Translations under genes and position numbers: made by a program
Notes under the pieces: generated by a model
What the model was told of the DNA's origin: nothing
Database searches by the model: none
The model's input: the letters and a program-made list of their open reading frames with translations, nothing else
NCBI GenBank assembly: GCA_049696855.1
Contig: JBAVUQ010000023.1
Span: 15,728 to 79,727, forward strand
DNA from: Candidatus Aminicenantales bacterium
GTDB lineage: Bacteria; Acidobacteriota; Aminicenantia; Aminicenantales; Saccharicenantaceae
Direction of reading: 5' to 3'
DNA length: 64,000 nt
Part shown: one piece after another, positions 17,107-26,497 of the stretch
How the letters are laid out: each line of letters begins with the position of its first letter
How positions within the stretch are numbered: position 1 is the stretch's first letter

Positions 17107-19149
17107 ATGAGAAAGACCCTGCTGTCCACGACAACCGGGGCGGTCCTTGCCGCCGCCGTCTTGTTCTTGACCGCCTGCGCTCCCCCGCGGGAGCGAACAT
17201 CAGCCGGCGAAGCCTACTGGACTCCCAAGGATCCTCCGCCGGCGGCCTATGCCTTCGATGTGACGGTCAAAGCCGAAGGCGAGAACATGTCTCTGGCCGC
17301 GTCCGGAACGATCTCCTTCACCAATACCTCCGGCCGGCCGCTGAACGTCCTTGCCTTCGAATGGACGGTTACGCCGTCCAGGGAATTCACCGCGACCGTC
17401 TCCGGCCGGCCCTTGAGCGTCCTCAATCGGGATAGGAATATGCCGTTGAAGACGCCGCTGCTGCTGGAGCTGCCTGAGCCGCTGGGCCCTAATGAACGCG
17501 CGACCATCGACATCCGTTTCACCGGCGGGACGGTCTTCGCCGCCGGCCAGGCTCATTTCGGCCTCTGGTATCCGCGGCTGTGGTGGGAGGGTCGCCCCTC
17601 CCGGGATTCGTTCAGGGTCAAGCTGACGGCGCCTCCCGGCTTCCTGGCGGCGGCGGGCGGACGTCTCGACGCAGCCTCCGGCGCCTATATCAACGACAGC
17701 GTCACGACCACCTTCGGTCTTTTTTTGACGAACACCTTGCATATGGAAAAACGCCAGGCCGGAGATGTCGAACTCACCGCCTTTTTCACGGAGAAAGGGC
17801 GGGCCTGCGCCCTGTATTGCCTGAACGCCGCGGCCGACATCGTCTCCTTTTATAGAGAATGGCTCGGCTTCTACCCCCACGAATCCTTGGTCATTCTGCC
17901 CGGCGGCGCGCTCCCCGCCGGCGGCTACCCCTATTCCTCCGGCATCGTCGTCATCCACGGTCCGGAAACGTTCGACCCCGCCAAGGGGGATAAATATAAA
18001 GCGTGGTGGACGTGGATCACCGCCCATGAGATCGGCCACCAGTACTGGGGCGAGTCGGCCATGTCGGGGGACGTCCTCGGGGATTACACGGCTTCCTGGC
18101 TGATGATCGGCCTGGGGATCTGCGCCGACAAAGAATACATGCTGCGCAAGGGATACGGCTGGGACAGGCACCGGGGATTCATCGACGGCTATCTCGAGGG
18201 GGTCCGGGCCGGGAACGACACGACCATGGACGCCCCGGCCTCTCTCGTCAAAGCGCAAAAGTTCGACCGGAACAACATCCTCATCCACGGCAAAGGATTC
18301 GCCGTCCTCAGCGCCCTCGAGACGGTCCTCGGCGCGGAGGCGTTCGACAAGGTTTATCGCCGGACGGTCCGGGAATACGCCGGCAAGCGACTCGAGTGGC
18401 GGGAGTTCCGGAGGATCGCCGAGGCCGAGGCCGGAGAAAGCCTGGCCTGGTTCTTCGAGGACTGGGTCAGATCCAACAAGATCCTTGAATGCCGGGTCGT
18501 GGCCAAAACCTCCGTCCCCGCCGAAGGGGGATATTCTTCCGAGGCCCGGATCGAGTACGGGTGGAACTCCGTCCGCATGCCCGTACCTGTCCAGGCCGTC
18601 TTCGAGGACGGGACGGTCCAAACGGGGAGGACCGACAGGCTGGTCCGGACGAATCTGCTGCGCTTTACCAGCCGCTCTCCGCTCAAGGATGTCGTCCTCG
18701 ACCCCGACCGGCGCCTGGGGCTCGTCCAGGAGGGGATCCACCTGACCGCCGCCGAGATCGCAGAGGCCGTCGAAGACCTGGATTGGACCGGGACCAGCGA
18801 AGCGGCCCTCGAGTTCTTCGGGAATCCTGGAACCGCGGCCGTCAAGACGCCCCATGTCTGGTTCAAGCTGGGACTGCTTCTCTTTGATGGAGGATTCTAT
18901 CCGGAATCCCTGGAAGCCTTCAGGGCGTCCCGTGAGCGTTCCACCTCCAAGGGCGAGCTTTTCGACGCTTTGGTCTGGATGGGCAATATCAACGACCTCC
19001 TGGGGAACAGGGCCGCGGCCGTCGCGTCCTACTCCGAGGCGCTCAAAAACGATCCCGGCCGGACCCTCCAGCATGACCAGTACGGCTTGCGGATCGACAG
19101 AGCCTGGGTCGAGGAACGCCTCAAGAGCCCATTCGAGTGGTCGAGATGA
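17107..19149 (+). CDS. lipoprotein zinc metallopeptidase (HEXXH, M1-like) with C-terminal TPR-like region
   Basis: Lipobox LTAC. HEIGHQYWGE zinc-binding motif. C-terminal helical repeats. Confidence 0.55.
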   Translation: MRKTLLSTTTGAVLAAAVLFLTACAPPRERTSAGEAYWTPKDPPPAAYAFDVTVKAEGENMSLAASGTISFTNTSGRPLNVLAFEWTVTPSREFTATVSGRPLSVLNRDRNMPLKTPLLLELPEPLGPNERATIDIRFTGGTVFAAGQAHFGLWYPRLWWEGRPSRDSFRVKLTAPPGFLAAAGGRLDAASGAYINDSVTTTFGLFLTNTLHMEKRQAGDVELTAFFTEKGRACALYCLNAAADIVSFYREWLGFYPHESLVILPGGALPAGGYPYSSGIVVIHGPETFDPAKGDKYKAWWTWITAHEIGHQYWGESAMSGDVLGDYTASWLMIGLGICADKEYMLRKGYGWDRHRGFIDGYLEGVRAGNDTTMDAPASLVKAQKFDRNNILIHGKGFAVLSALETVLGAEAFDKVYRRTVREYAGKRLEWREFRRIAEAEAGESLAWFFEDWVRSNKILECRVVAKTSVPAEGGYSSEARIEYGWNSVRMPVPVQAVFEDGTVQTGRTDRLVRTNLLRFTSRSPLKDVVLDPDRRLGLVQEGIHLTAAEIAEAVEDLDWTGTSEAALEFFGNPGTAAVKTPHVWFKLGLLLFDGGFYPESLEAFRASRERSTSKGELFDALVWMGNINDLLGNRAAAVASYSEALKNDPGRTLQHDQYGLRIDRAWVEERLKSPFEWSR

Positions 19150-19226
19150 ACGCGGCTCTTCGCTTTCACCCTGATGCGGTTGCAGCGGCGGCGCCCTGTG
19201 CGTAGAATGGCGGCGGAGATCAAAGA

Positions 19227-20141
19227 GTGAGCCGATTCGCGATTGGCATCGATCTCGGCGGGACCAAGGTCGAAGCCTGCCTCGTCGATGAAACGCGGAC
19301 GATCCTGGCCCGCAAGCGCCGGCCGTCCGAGCCCGGTCTGGGACGCGAGAAGGTCGTCGGGAACATTCTCGATCTCGTAGCCGAGACCGCGGCGGGCGCC
19401 CGCTTCGAGGCCGTGGGCATGGGGACTCCCGGGACCTACAGCGCAGCGGCCGACATCATGTACGGCGCCCCCCATACGCCGCTCTACGAGGAACCCGGGC
19501 TCGTCAGCTTTCTCCGATCCAAGCTTCAAGTGCCGCTAATCGTCGAGAACGACGCCAATTGCCTCGCCCTGGCCGAGTTCTTCGCCCAGTGCCATGGACG
19601 CTTCTCGACGGTCATGGCCGTCATCCTCGGCACCGGCATGGGCTCGGGGCTCATTCTGGAGAACAGGCTCCACCGGGGACCCCATGGCAACGCCGGCGAG
19701 ATCGGTCACACCTCGATCGCCATTGACGGCCGGCTTTGCGAGTGCGGGCGGAAAGGCTGCGGCGAGGCCTACCTCTCCGGGCCCAGCCTCGGCCGCCGCT
19801 ACGCCGAGCTCGCCGGGGAAGTCCTGACCCCGGACAAGATCTTCGCGCGGTACGATGCGGGGGACAGGGATGCCCGCCGGATCTTCGACGACTCCTGCCG
19901 GATCATGGGCGAGCTTTTCGCCAACTGCGTCAACGCCCTCGACCTCGAGGCCATCGTCCTCGGCGGCGGCGTCTCGAACATCCCCATCTGGTACACGGAC
20001 GTCCCCCCGATCATGAACAAGGCGCTCTTCGGCATCCCCGGACGGACGATCCCCATCCTGAAAGCGGTCCTGGGCGATTCGGCGGGCGTGATCGGCGCGG
20101 CCTATCTGGCCTTGCGCGAGATGGGCCTCATGGAGTTCTGA
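19227..20141 (+). CDS. ROK-family sugar kinase (glucokinase/N-acetylglucosamine kinase-like)
   Basis: GTG start. IGIDLGGTK. ROK zinc motif CECGRKGCGEAY. Confidence 0.8.
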   Translation: MSRFAIGIDLGGTKVEACLVDETRTILARKRRPSEPGLGREKVVGNILDLVAETAAGARFEAVGMGTPGTYSAAADIMYGAPHTPLYEEPGLVSFLRSKLQVPLIVENDANCLALAEFFAQCHGRFSTVMAVILGTGMGSGLILENRLHRGPHGNAGEIGHTSIAIDGRLCECGRKGCGEAYLSGPSLGRRYAELAGEVLTPDKIFARYDAGDRDARRIFDDSCRIMGELFANCVNALDLEAIVLGGGVSNIPIWYTDVPPIMNKALFGIPGRTIPILKAVLGDSAGVIGAAYLALREMGLMEF

Positions 20142-20142
20142 T

Positions 20143-20163
20143 TACTGATACTTCCCCATGATG
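20143..20163. repeat. direct repeat copy 1 (tactgatacttccccatgatg), a duplicate of the CBS-gene 3' end and left boundary of a low-GC insertion
   Basis: Exact 21-bp match to 23909-23929. Similarity extends ~10 bp further (aagttgtc vs tagttctc). Confidence 0.7.
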
Positions 20164-20250
20164 AAGTTGTCACAATAACGAACCCTAAACAATGAGGGCT
20201 CGATTTCTCGGGGCTCTTGAGAGCCCGATATGAGGCAAAGGAGGCAGGGC

Positions 20251-21396
20251 ATGAAAAAGCTTCACGTTTCAAGATGGCCTCGATCCCCGAAATTCATCGC
20301 CATCGCCCTAGTGCTTCTAGGATGTGGCCTATTCGGTCAGGAACAAAGTTCCGACTGGGATACCTTGGAAATGGCTGCGAGGACCTATTTTAACTACCCT
20401 TCTACGGAAAACGCCCGACTCTTTTATCTCGGCCTTCAAAAGCCCCTAAGGGCGAATATGGATCGTTCCAACAAGCTTTTTGATTTTGTGTTTAAAAACC
20501 TGTACGTTCTGGCACGACAGATTCACGAAGGGGACCGGAATGCGGTGAAGCTTGGATTCTGGCTCTACAACTATTCCAGTGGTCTTTATACGATGGAGCT
20601 TGATGCCATGATGGCGGATTCGATAAGGTCTCATCCCCAGTTGTTCCTTGAAGAGCTAAAGGCCAGTCCGAATGCGCAACAGATAAAGAGGCTCGGCTAT
20701 CCCTTATGTGAATCGCGCATCAACTCTAGCGACGACCAAGGAGCGGAACATCGATACGAACTGGAAATGCGGATCAAAGCCCTTGAATCCGTAACGAATG
20801 ACGAGCTCGTGGACTTACGGGATATTTGCCTCAGGGAAATCAGGAATTGTCTTGACAGGCAATATCACGATTTTCCGGGAATCCTACTCGAGGGAAAAGA
20901 GTACCTGGCCTTGTTCGAGAAGGCGGTCGTCAACGTCTGTCAAGAAGCCGAGATGGCCTATCAGATCTGCCAGGGCGTTATCGAAATAGAAGAGGCTTCC
21001 GACGCGAGCCCATTTGGTGCGACCTCCCAAAAGGCCGTCCGTTCCTCCGGCCTCGTTGACGAATTGACCGCGCTCAGCGACCGATCGCTAGATCTGGGCA
21101 AGGCGCTGGAAAGTCCACCACTTTCATATGTGGAAGAGTACGATACCCTTCGGAGGATTATAGGAAGGGCCAGTCAGTTGTCCAATCTAGCCACAGATCC
21201 CTCGATCATTAGCCCTTCTGGAACCAGCGACGACGTTAAGAAGAGTAGCTACAAGAGGGGTACTGCCAAGTACTATAACGAATTCAAGAAGGCCTACGCT
21301 GAACTCGAGGCTCTGATGCCTGAAATCAGCCAAGAAGTGCAGAATAACATGGTCGACTTAGAAGCGATAAAAAGAAGGCTTAGCCAGAGGAGGTGA
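20251..21396 (+). CDS. secreted hypothetical protein in a low-GC (~47%) region
   Basis: ATG 20251 with AGGAGG RBS. Signal peptide KFIAIALVLLGCGLFG. Helical product with no recognisable domain. GC is far below the genome average. Confidence 0.55.
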   Translation: MKKLHVSRWPRSPKFIAIALVLLGCGLFGQEQSSDWDTLEMAARTYFNYPSTENARLFYLGLQKPLRANMDRSNKLFDFVFKNLYVLARQIHEGDRNAVKLGFWLYNYSSGLYTMELDAMMADSIRSHPQLFLEELKASPNAQQIKRLGYPLCESRINSSDDQGAEHRYELEMRIKALESVTNDELVDLRDICLREIRNCLDRQYHDFPGILLEGKEYLALFEKAVVNVCQEAEMAYQICQGVIEIEEASDASPFGATSQKAVRSSGLVDELTALSDRSLDLGKALESPPLSYVEEYDTLRRIIGRASQLSNLATDPSIISPSGTSDDVKKSSYKRGTAKYYNEFKKAYAELEALMPEISQEVQNNMVDLEAIKRRLSQRR

Positions 21397-21421
21397 CTCC
21401 GAATCCGGAAACGATCGGTCA

Positions 21422-22366
21422 TCACGACAATTTGGCCATCGGGAGTTGCCGCGAATTCATGATGTCACGCAATGGCGGCGCACCGAACAGGCGGGCATAT
21501 TCGCGGCTGAACTGCGAAGCGCTCTCGTATCCAACCTGAAGCGCCGCCGTCGCCGCATCGAGGCGCTCCGTGAGCATCAGCCGTTTTGCCTCGTTCAACC
21601 GCAACCGTTTTTGGTACTGCAAAGGGCTCATGGCCGTCACAGTCCGGAAATGATGGTGGAACGTCGTTTTGCTCATGCTGACTTGCGATGCGAGATCATC
21701 GACACGGAACGGCCGGGCGAAGTTTCCCTTCAGCCAATCGATTGCTTGAGCAATCCGATGGCTCCGACTTCCGACGGTCGCCATCTGCCTCAGATGCGCG
21801 CCTTGATCTCCCACCAGAAGACGATAAAAAAGCTCTCGTTGAATGATCGGCGCAAGGATCGGAATATCCTGAGGTTCCGCAAGCAAGTCGATCAATCGCT
21901 GAAAAGCCGCGAGCAGCGGCAATGTTATCTCGCCGGTTGCCAAGCCGCGGCTTGGCGGTTGTGCGAGGGGCGGCGGGAGATTTCTGTCCATCATCAGCTG
22001 CGAAATCTCATGGAGATCGAATTTGAGCCTTAGGCCCAGGTAAGGCTTTTGTGGGCCGGCCCGGATGATCTGGGCAAAGGACGGGATATCCACGGACGTT
22101 ATCAAGAAACGCCGGGCGCCATAGACATAGGATTCCTTGCCGATCAGCACCCGTTTTGCCCCCTGGACGGCCAGACATATTCCGGGCACATACATCCCGC
22201 TGAGGGGCTGTGTCGGTCCTTCTCGCCTGAAAAGCGACAATCCCCGGACCTCGGTCACGAGCCTGTCGCCTTTTTCGGTCCATCGGGCGACGCTTCCGGC
22301 CAAAGCTCCGAGGGCGGATTCAAATATCCGGCGTTCGAGCGTCCGGCGAACGTTCTGATTTTGCAT
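21422..22366 (-). CDS. AraC-family transcriptional regulator
   Basis: C-terminal dual HTH (TFHHHFRTVTAMSPLQYQKRLRLNEAKRLM ... ASQFSREYARLFG). N-terminal ligand-binding-type domain. Confidence 0.8.
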   Translation of the reverse strand: MQNQNVRRTLERRIFESALGALAGSVARWTEKGDRLVTEVRGLSLFRREGPTQPLSGMYVPGICLAVQGAKRVLIGKESYVYGARRFLITSVDIPSFAQIIRAGPQKPYLGLRLKFDLHEISQLMMDRNLPPPLAQPPSRGLATGEITLPLLAAFQRLIDLLAEPQDIPILAPIIQRELFYRLLVGDQGAHLRQMATVGSRSHRIAQAIDWLKGNFARPFRVDDLASQVSMSKTTFHHHFRTVTAMSPLQYQKRLRLNEAKRLMLTERLDAATAALQVGYESASQFSREYARLFGAPPLRDIMNSRQLPMAKLS

Positions 22367-22527
22367 GGTTCAATCCCTCTGAACTCTATCAGGCCACGTC
22401 GAACAATACAATTGAGTTGCTGAGCATTTCGGACGATTAGGCAAGATTTCAGCACGAATGGTCTATCCGCCCCGCCGTTCCTCCTTTAAAATGGGAAGGA
22501 ATGGACGGAGAGCCCCAAGGAGGACGA

Positions 22528-23733
22528 ATGAATAACAAGCAAAGCCGCAGAGATTTTCTCGTCAGATCAGGGCAGTGGATCGCTTCGGCGGGGCTGCTGA
22601 ACAAGCGGGGGCCATCTTTATGGGCCCGGCCGCACCCGCCTCGATCGGAACCTAATGTGATCACCCGTGCCTTGGGGAAGACCGGCCTCACCGTGCCCGT
22701 CGTCAGCTTGGGCTTCATGAACGCCGACAATCCCGGCTTGATCCGACGAGCGTATGAAGTCGGAGTCCGCCACTTCGATACCGCCGCCGCCTACCAACGC
22801 GGCCGCAATGAAGAGATGGTCGGCGCCATGATCCAGGAGATGGGCGTCCGGAGCAGCGTTGTCGTCTCGACCAAGGTCTGGCTTCGGGATCAGGTTCGGG
22901 ACCCCAAGGCGCGGGATCTTTTTCGACAGACGTTCGAAGACAGTCTGAAGCGCCTCCGGATGGACCACGTGGATATCCTGTATTATCACCTTGTCGACTC
23001 CCTCGAAGATCTGAGGGCGGAAGGGCCGCTTCAGGCCCTGGCTGAGCTGAAAAAGGAAGGGAAGGCCCGCTCTATCGGTTTTTCAACGCACCGAGGAGGC
23101 CTGGTCTTGCCGGACGCCGCAAAATCGGGATTATTCGACGTTGCGTTGGTTGCTTTCAACTTCACGATGGCCTCCGACCAGATTCTCTTAGAGGCCCTCG
23201 ATAATGCCGCCCGGGCGGGTCTGGGGATCGTCGCCATGAAAACGCAGGCCGGCGGCCTGTCCCAGCCGGATCCGAAATTGCCGAAAAATCTGCCTCCTCA
23301 TAGCCAGACAGCGCTTCTCAAATGGGCCTTGCATCATCCGTCCGTCGCCACGGCGATTCCCGGAGCGACCACATACGAGCAGGTGGATCAAAATTTCACC
23401 GTGGCGTCCAACCTGGAATATACAGATGATGAGAAGTCGTTTCTCGCTGACCGGACGTTCTCCGTTCAAGCGCAATTCTGCCGTCAATGCGCCCAGTGCC
23501 TCGGCGATTGCCCGCGAGGCGCGGATATTCCCACTTTGATGCGGTCGCACATGTACGCGGTCCAGTATTCCAATCGCGAGCTGGCGCGCTTTACGCTGTC
23601 ATCAATGGGAACGGGCCGAGGACTGGATGTCTGCCGTTCTTGCAGGGAATGCAGGGTCATGTGCCGCCATGATGTGAATATCGGGATGAAAATCGCTCAT
23701 CTCAAAACCGCGGAGCTCGGCCTCGCCGTTTAG
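22528..23733 (+). CDS. Tat-signal aldo/keto reductase fused to a C-terminal Cys-rich ferredoxin-like domain (COG1453-type)
   Basis: ATG 22528 with AAGGAGG RBS. Twin-arginine SRRDFLVRSG. AKR core (GKTGLTVPVVSLG, FDTAAAYQ). C-terminal CRQCAQCLGDCP...CRSCRECRVMC. Confidence 0.7.
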   Translation: MNNKQSRRDFLVRSGQWIASAGLLNKRGPSLWARPHPPRSEPNVITRALGKTGLTVPVVSLGFMNADNPGLIRRAYEVGVRHFDTAAAYQRGRNEEMVGAMIQEMGVRSSVVVSTKVWLRDQVRDPKARDLFRQTFEDSLKRLRMDHVDILYYHLVDSLEDLRAEGPLQALAELKKEGKARSIGFSTHRGGLVLPDAAKSGLFDVALVAFNFTMASDQILLEALDNAARAGLGIVAMKTQAGGLSQPDPKLPKNLPPHSQTALLKWALHHPSVATAIPGATTYEQVDQNFTVASNLEYTDDEKSFLADRTFSVQAQFCRQCAQCLGDCPRGADIPTLMRSHMYAVQYSNRELARFTLSSMGTGRGLDVCRSCRECRVMCRHDVNIGMKIAHLKTAELGLAV

Positions 23734-23768
23734 GCGGAAGGAGTTCGAGAGAGCCGTCGTCGGTGGGC

Positions 23769-23878
23769 AATGAGGTCACCAATCCCTTCGTGGTGACAGA
23801 AGTGTATGTGAAGCCAAGTGGGACGTGGAAGCTAGCCTCGCTTTCGTTCACCAGGCTACTTACCCAATAGCCGCGCTG
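23769..23878 (+). pseudogene. relic C-terminal fragment of an NTF2-fold (SnoaL/DUF4440-like) gene
   Basis: Translates to NEVTNPFVVTEVYVKPSGTWKLASLSFTRLLTQ*. This is the typical ...VYVKxxGxWKLxS.. C-terminus of DUF4440/SnoaL proteins. No upstream body: the frame runs into the AKR gene's stop. Confidence 0.35.
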
Positions 23879-23907
23879 CCTGGACGCTGCGGGCTCGCCG
23901 TTCGTGC

Positions 23908-24348
23908 CTACTGATACTTCCCCATGATGTAGTTCTCGAGGTTCTCGATCGTCACCTTCTGCTGGGTCATGACGGCCTTGACCACGTCGCCGATGGAAAT
24001 GATGCCGGCGAGCTTCCCGTCCTTGCACACGGGCAGATGGCGGATGTGCTTGTCCGTCATGAGGGCCATGCACTCCTCGGCGGTCGTGTCGTAGTGGACC
24101 CCGTAGACTTCCTTGGTCATGATGTCCTGGACCGGGGTGTCCTGGGACTGGCGGCCCATGAGGATGATCTTCCGGGCATAGTCGCGCTCGGACAGGATGC
24201 CGATGACGTCTTCGTCCTTATCGACGACGACCAGGGCGCCGATGCCTTTCTTGGCCATGAGACCGAGAGCCTCGAAGACCTTGGCCTCCGGCCCGATCGT
24301 CCAGGCGGTGTGGCCTTTCTGGTCGAGAATGTCCTTGACCGTGATCAT
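23908..24348 (-). CDS. CBS-domain pair protein
   Basis: 146 aa. Two CBS motifs (VKDIL...ALVVVD; VQDIMT...HLPVCKDGKLAGIISIGDVV). Confidence 0.8.
   Translation of the reverse strand: MITVKDILDQKGHTAWTIGPEAKVFEALGLMAKKGIGALVVVDKDEDVIGILSERDYARKIILMGRQSQDTPVQDIMTKEVYGVHYDTTAEECMALMTDKHIRHLPVCKDGKLAGIISIGDVVKAVMTQQKVTIENLENYIMGKYQ
23909..23929. repeat. direct repeat copy 2 (native 3' end of the CBS gene), right boundary of the insertion
   Basis: Encodes ...MGKYQ* of the minus-strand CBS gene. Identical to 20143-20163. Confidence 0.7.
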
Positions 24349-24364
24349 GATCCTTCCTCCTCTG

Positions 24365-25711
24365 TCAATCGAAGTAGCCGGTCAGGTCGTCCCGGCTGAG
24401 GCCCTGGGCCAGGGCCACGCGGGCCACCGCCCGGGCGACCGCCTTGTGCAGCGCCTTGTCGAGCGGGTTCGGGACGATCTCGCCCGGATTGGCGAACGCC
24501 GCGATCGTTTCGGCCGCGGCGATGAGCATCTCCCGCGTGATGCGCGGGACATTGGCGTCCACGGCGCCGCGGAAGATCCCGGGGAAGCCGAGGACGTTGT
24601 TGACCGATTTCCCGTCCGCCGCGAAGGCCGCGCCGGCGGCCAGCGCCCGCTCGGGCTCGATCTCGGGGGTGGGGTTGGACAGGGCCAGGATGATCTGGCC
24701 TTGGCGCACCAGGCGCTCCTTGATCAGCCCCGGCGCCCCGGTTGTGGCGATGACGACGTCGCAGCCGGCCATGATCCCCTTGAGATCGGAGGCGATGCCT
24801 CCGGCCTTCGTCAGCCGTCCGACGGCCTGGGGGACGATGTCCGCGCCGAGCACGGGATGCCCGAAGCGGAACATCAGCATCTCGGCCAGGGCCAGACCCG
24901 CGGCGCCGAGGCCGATGACGCCGATCGAGCTCCCGGCCAGGTCCCGGCCCGTCGCTTTGGCCGCGTTGAGCAGCGCCGCGGTGACGACGACCGCCGTGCC
25001 GTGCTGGTCGTCGTGCATGACGGGGATGTCGAGCCGGGCCTGGATCCTCTCCTCGATGGCGAAACACCGGGGCGCGGAGATGTCCTCGAGCTGGATCGCG
25101 GCGAAGGTCGGCGCCATGTGGACCACCGTCTCGACGATCTCATCGGGGTCCTTCGTGTCGAGGAGGATGGGCATGCCGGAGAGGCCGGTCAGGGTCTCGA
25201 GGAGGCTGGCCTTGCCCTCCATGACCGGCATGGCCGCCTTGGGTCCGATGTCGCCGAGTCCGAGGACGGCCGTGCCGTCCGTGACGATGGCGACCAGGTG
25301 ACGGATCGAGGTGTAGCGCCGGGCGAGCGAGGGGTCGTCCCGGATCTTCAGGCTGACTTCGGCGACGCCGGGCGTGTAGACCCGGCGAAGCGTGCTCAGA
25401 TCGGAGATGTCGTAGCGGCTGCGGATGGCGATCTTGCCGCCCTGGTGCATCTCCAGGACCTCGTCGCGGACCTCCAGCAGCCGGACCCCCTCGGTCGCCT
25501 CGACGACCCCGATGAGCCGCTCGACATGATTGAGGTCGTCGGCGTAGATCGTAATGTCACGGTCGACCGCCGAGCCGCCCTGGTGGATGGTGCGGATCTC
25601 CCCGATCAGGCCGCCCTGGTCGCCGACCGCCGTGAGCAGGCGGCCGAGACTGCCGGGCTTCTGCTGCAGCCGGCAGCGGAAAGTCCTCTGGATCTTTCCG
25701 TCCCACCACAT
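24365..25711 (-). CDS. NAD(P)-dependent malic enzyme with N-terminal ACT domain
   Basis: Malic-enzyme blocks (LSTLRRVYTPGVAEV, GLGDIGP, GVIGLGAAGLA NAD-binding). ~75-aa N-terminal ACT-like extension. Confidence 0.8.
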   Translation of the reverse strand: MWWDGKIQRTFRCRLQQKPGSLGRLLTAVGDQGGLIGEIRTIHQGGSAVDRDITIYADDLNHVERLIGVVEATEGVRLLEVRDEVLEMHQGGKIAIRSRYDISDLSTLRRVYTPGVAEVSLKIRDDPSLARRYTSIRHLVAIVTDGTAVLGLGDIGPKAAMPVMEGKASLLETLTGLSGMPILLDTKDPDEIVETVVHMAPTFAAIQLEDISAPRCFAIEERIQARLDIPVMHDDQHGTAVVVTAALLNAAKATGRDLAGSSIGVIGLGAAGLALAEMLMFRFGHPVLGADIVPQAVGRLTKAGGIASDLKGIMAGCDVVIATTGAPGLIKERLVRQGQIILALSNPTPEIEPERALAAGAAFAADGKSVNNVLGFPGIFRGAVDANVPRITREMLIAAAETIAAFANPGEIVPNPLDKALHKAVARAVARVALAQGLSRDDLTGYFD

Positions 25712-25753
25712 GACCGGATATTCCTCCCTAAGGGACTTCTGGGGCCCGCGCTT

Positions 25754-25782
25754 ATTATAGGGGCATTTCCGCCGCTAGTCTA
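25754..25782 (-). promoter_or_regulatory. candidate sigma-70 promoter for the malic enzyme–CBS operon (minus strand TAGACT-17-TATAAT)
   Basis: Reverse complement reads TAGACT-N17-TATAAT ~40 nt upstream of the malic enzyme start. Confidence 0.3.
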
Positions 25783-26371
25783 TGAGCAGGAAGGCGTATC
25801 GGTTCATCTCCTGGCCGTAGTCCGACAGGACCTCGATGGGGTAGCCGATCTTCCGAACCGTGGCGTAGACGTCCATGGCCAGGGCATCGGGGGTGGGCCG
25901 GGCGAGCTTGAGCTCCTTGCACGCCGCCCGGGCGGACGCGCATTCGAGGCAGATGCCGCAGCTGTCGAAGAAGAGCAGGAACGCCTTGACGAAGCCACCC
26001 TTGAAAACCTCCGCTTCGAGCTTGAGGAGCTCCAGGTTGAGCTTGCGGCCCCAGGCATGACGGTCCTCGGGCCGGTCGACCTTCTTGCCGAAATGGAAGA
26101 CGGCGGCCCGCTTGTACTCCCGGAAGAAGCGCGCGCACGCCTCGACCGGCGGGGCGTTGGGCGGGCAAGCGGCGTTCTTGCCGTAGTCCACGCAGCCGTA
26201 GAGGCATTTCATCCGGACCCACTCGGCGACGACGATCTCGCGGGGATCGATCCAGCGGAAATCGGAGAAGCCGCGCTCCACGAACAGGCGCTCGAGCTCC
26301 TTTGTTCCGGTCTCGCCTCGCGGCTTTCGCAAGGACGCGGTCCTTCGTCCGGCTAATCTTTTCAGGGGCAT
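25775..26371 (-). CDS. DUF2284-like predicted metal-binding protein
   Basis: Cys clusters (CLYGCVDYGKNAACPP; FFDSCGICLECASARAAC). 198 aa. Confidence 0.5.
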   Translation of the reverse strand: MPLKRLAGRRTASLRKPRGETGTKELERLFVERGFSDFRWIDPREIVVAEWVRMKCLYGCVDYGKNAACPPNAPPVEACARFFREYKRAAVFHFGKKVDRPEDRHAWGRKLNLELLKLEAEVFKGGFVKAFLLFFDSCGICLECASARAACKELKLARPTPDALAMDVYATVRKIGYPIEVLSDYGQEMNRYAFLLID

Positions 26372-26497
26372 CTTCCAACCTCCTCACCGGCCAGCCGGCC
26401 GGCTGTTCGGACCGGTTTATAGCACCGGCGTCGGGCCGCTGTCAACGCGCCGGGGCGGGGCTACCGCGCCGGAGCGACCTCGGCTATAATCCCTCTC

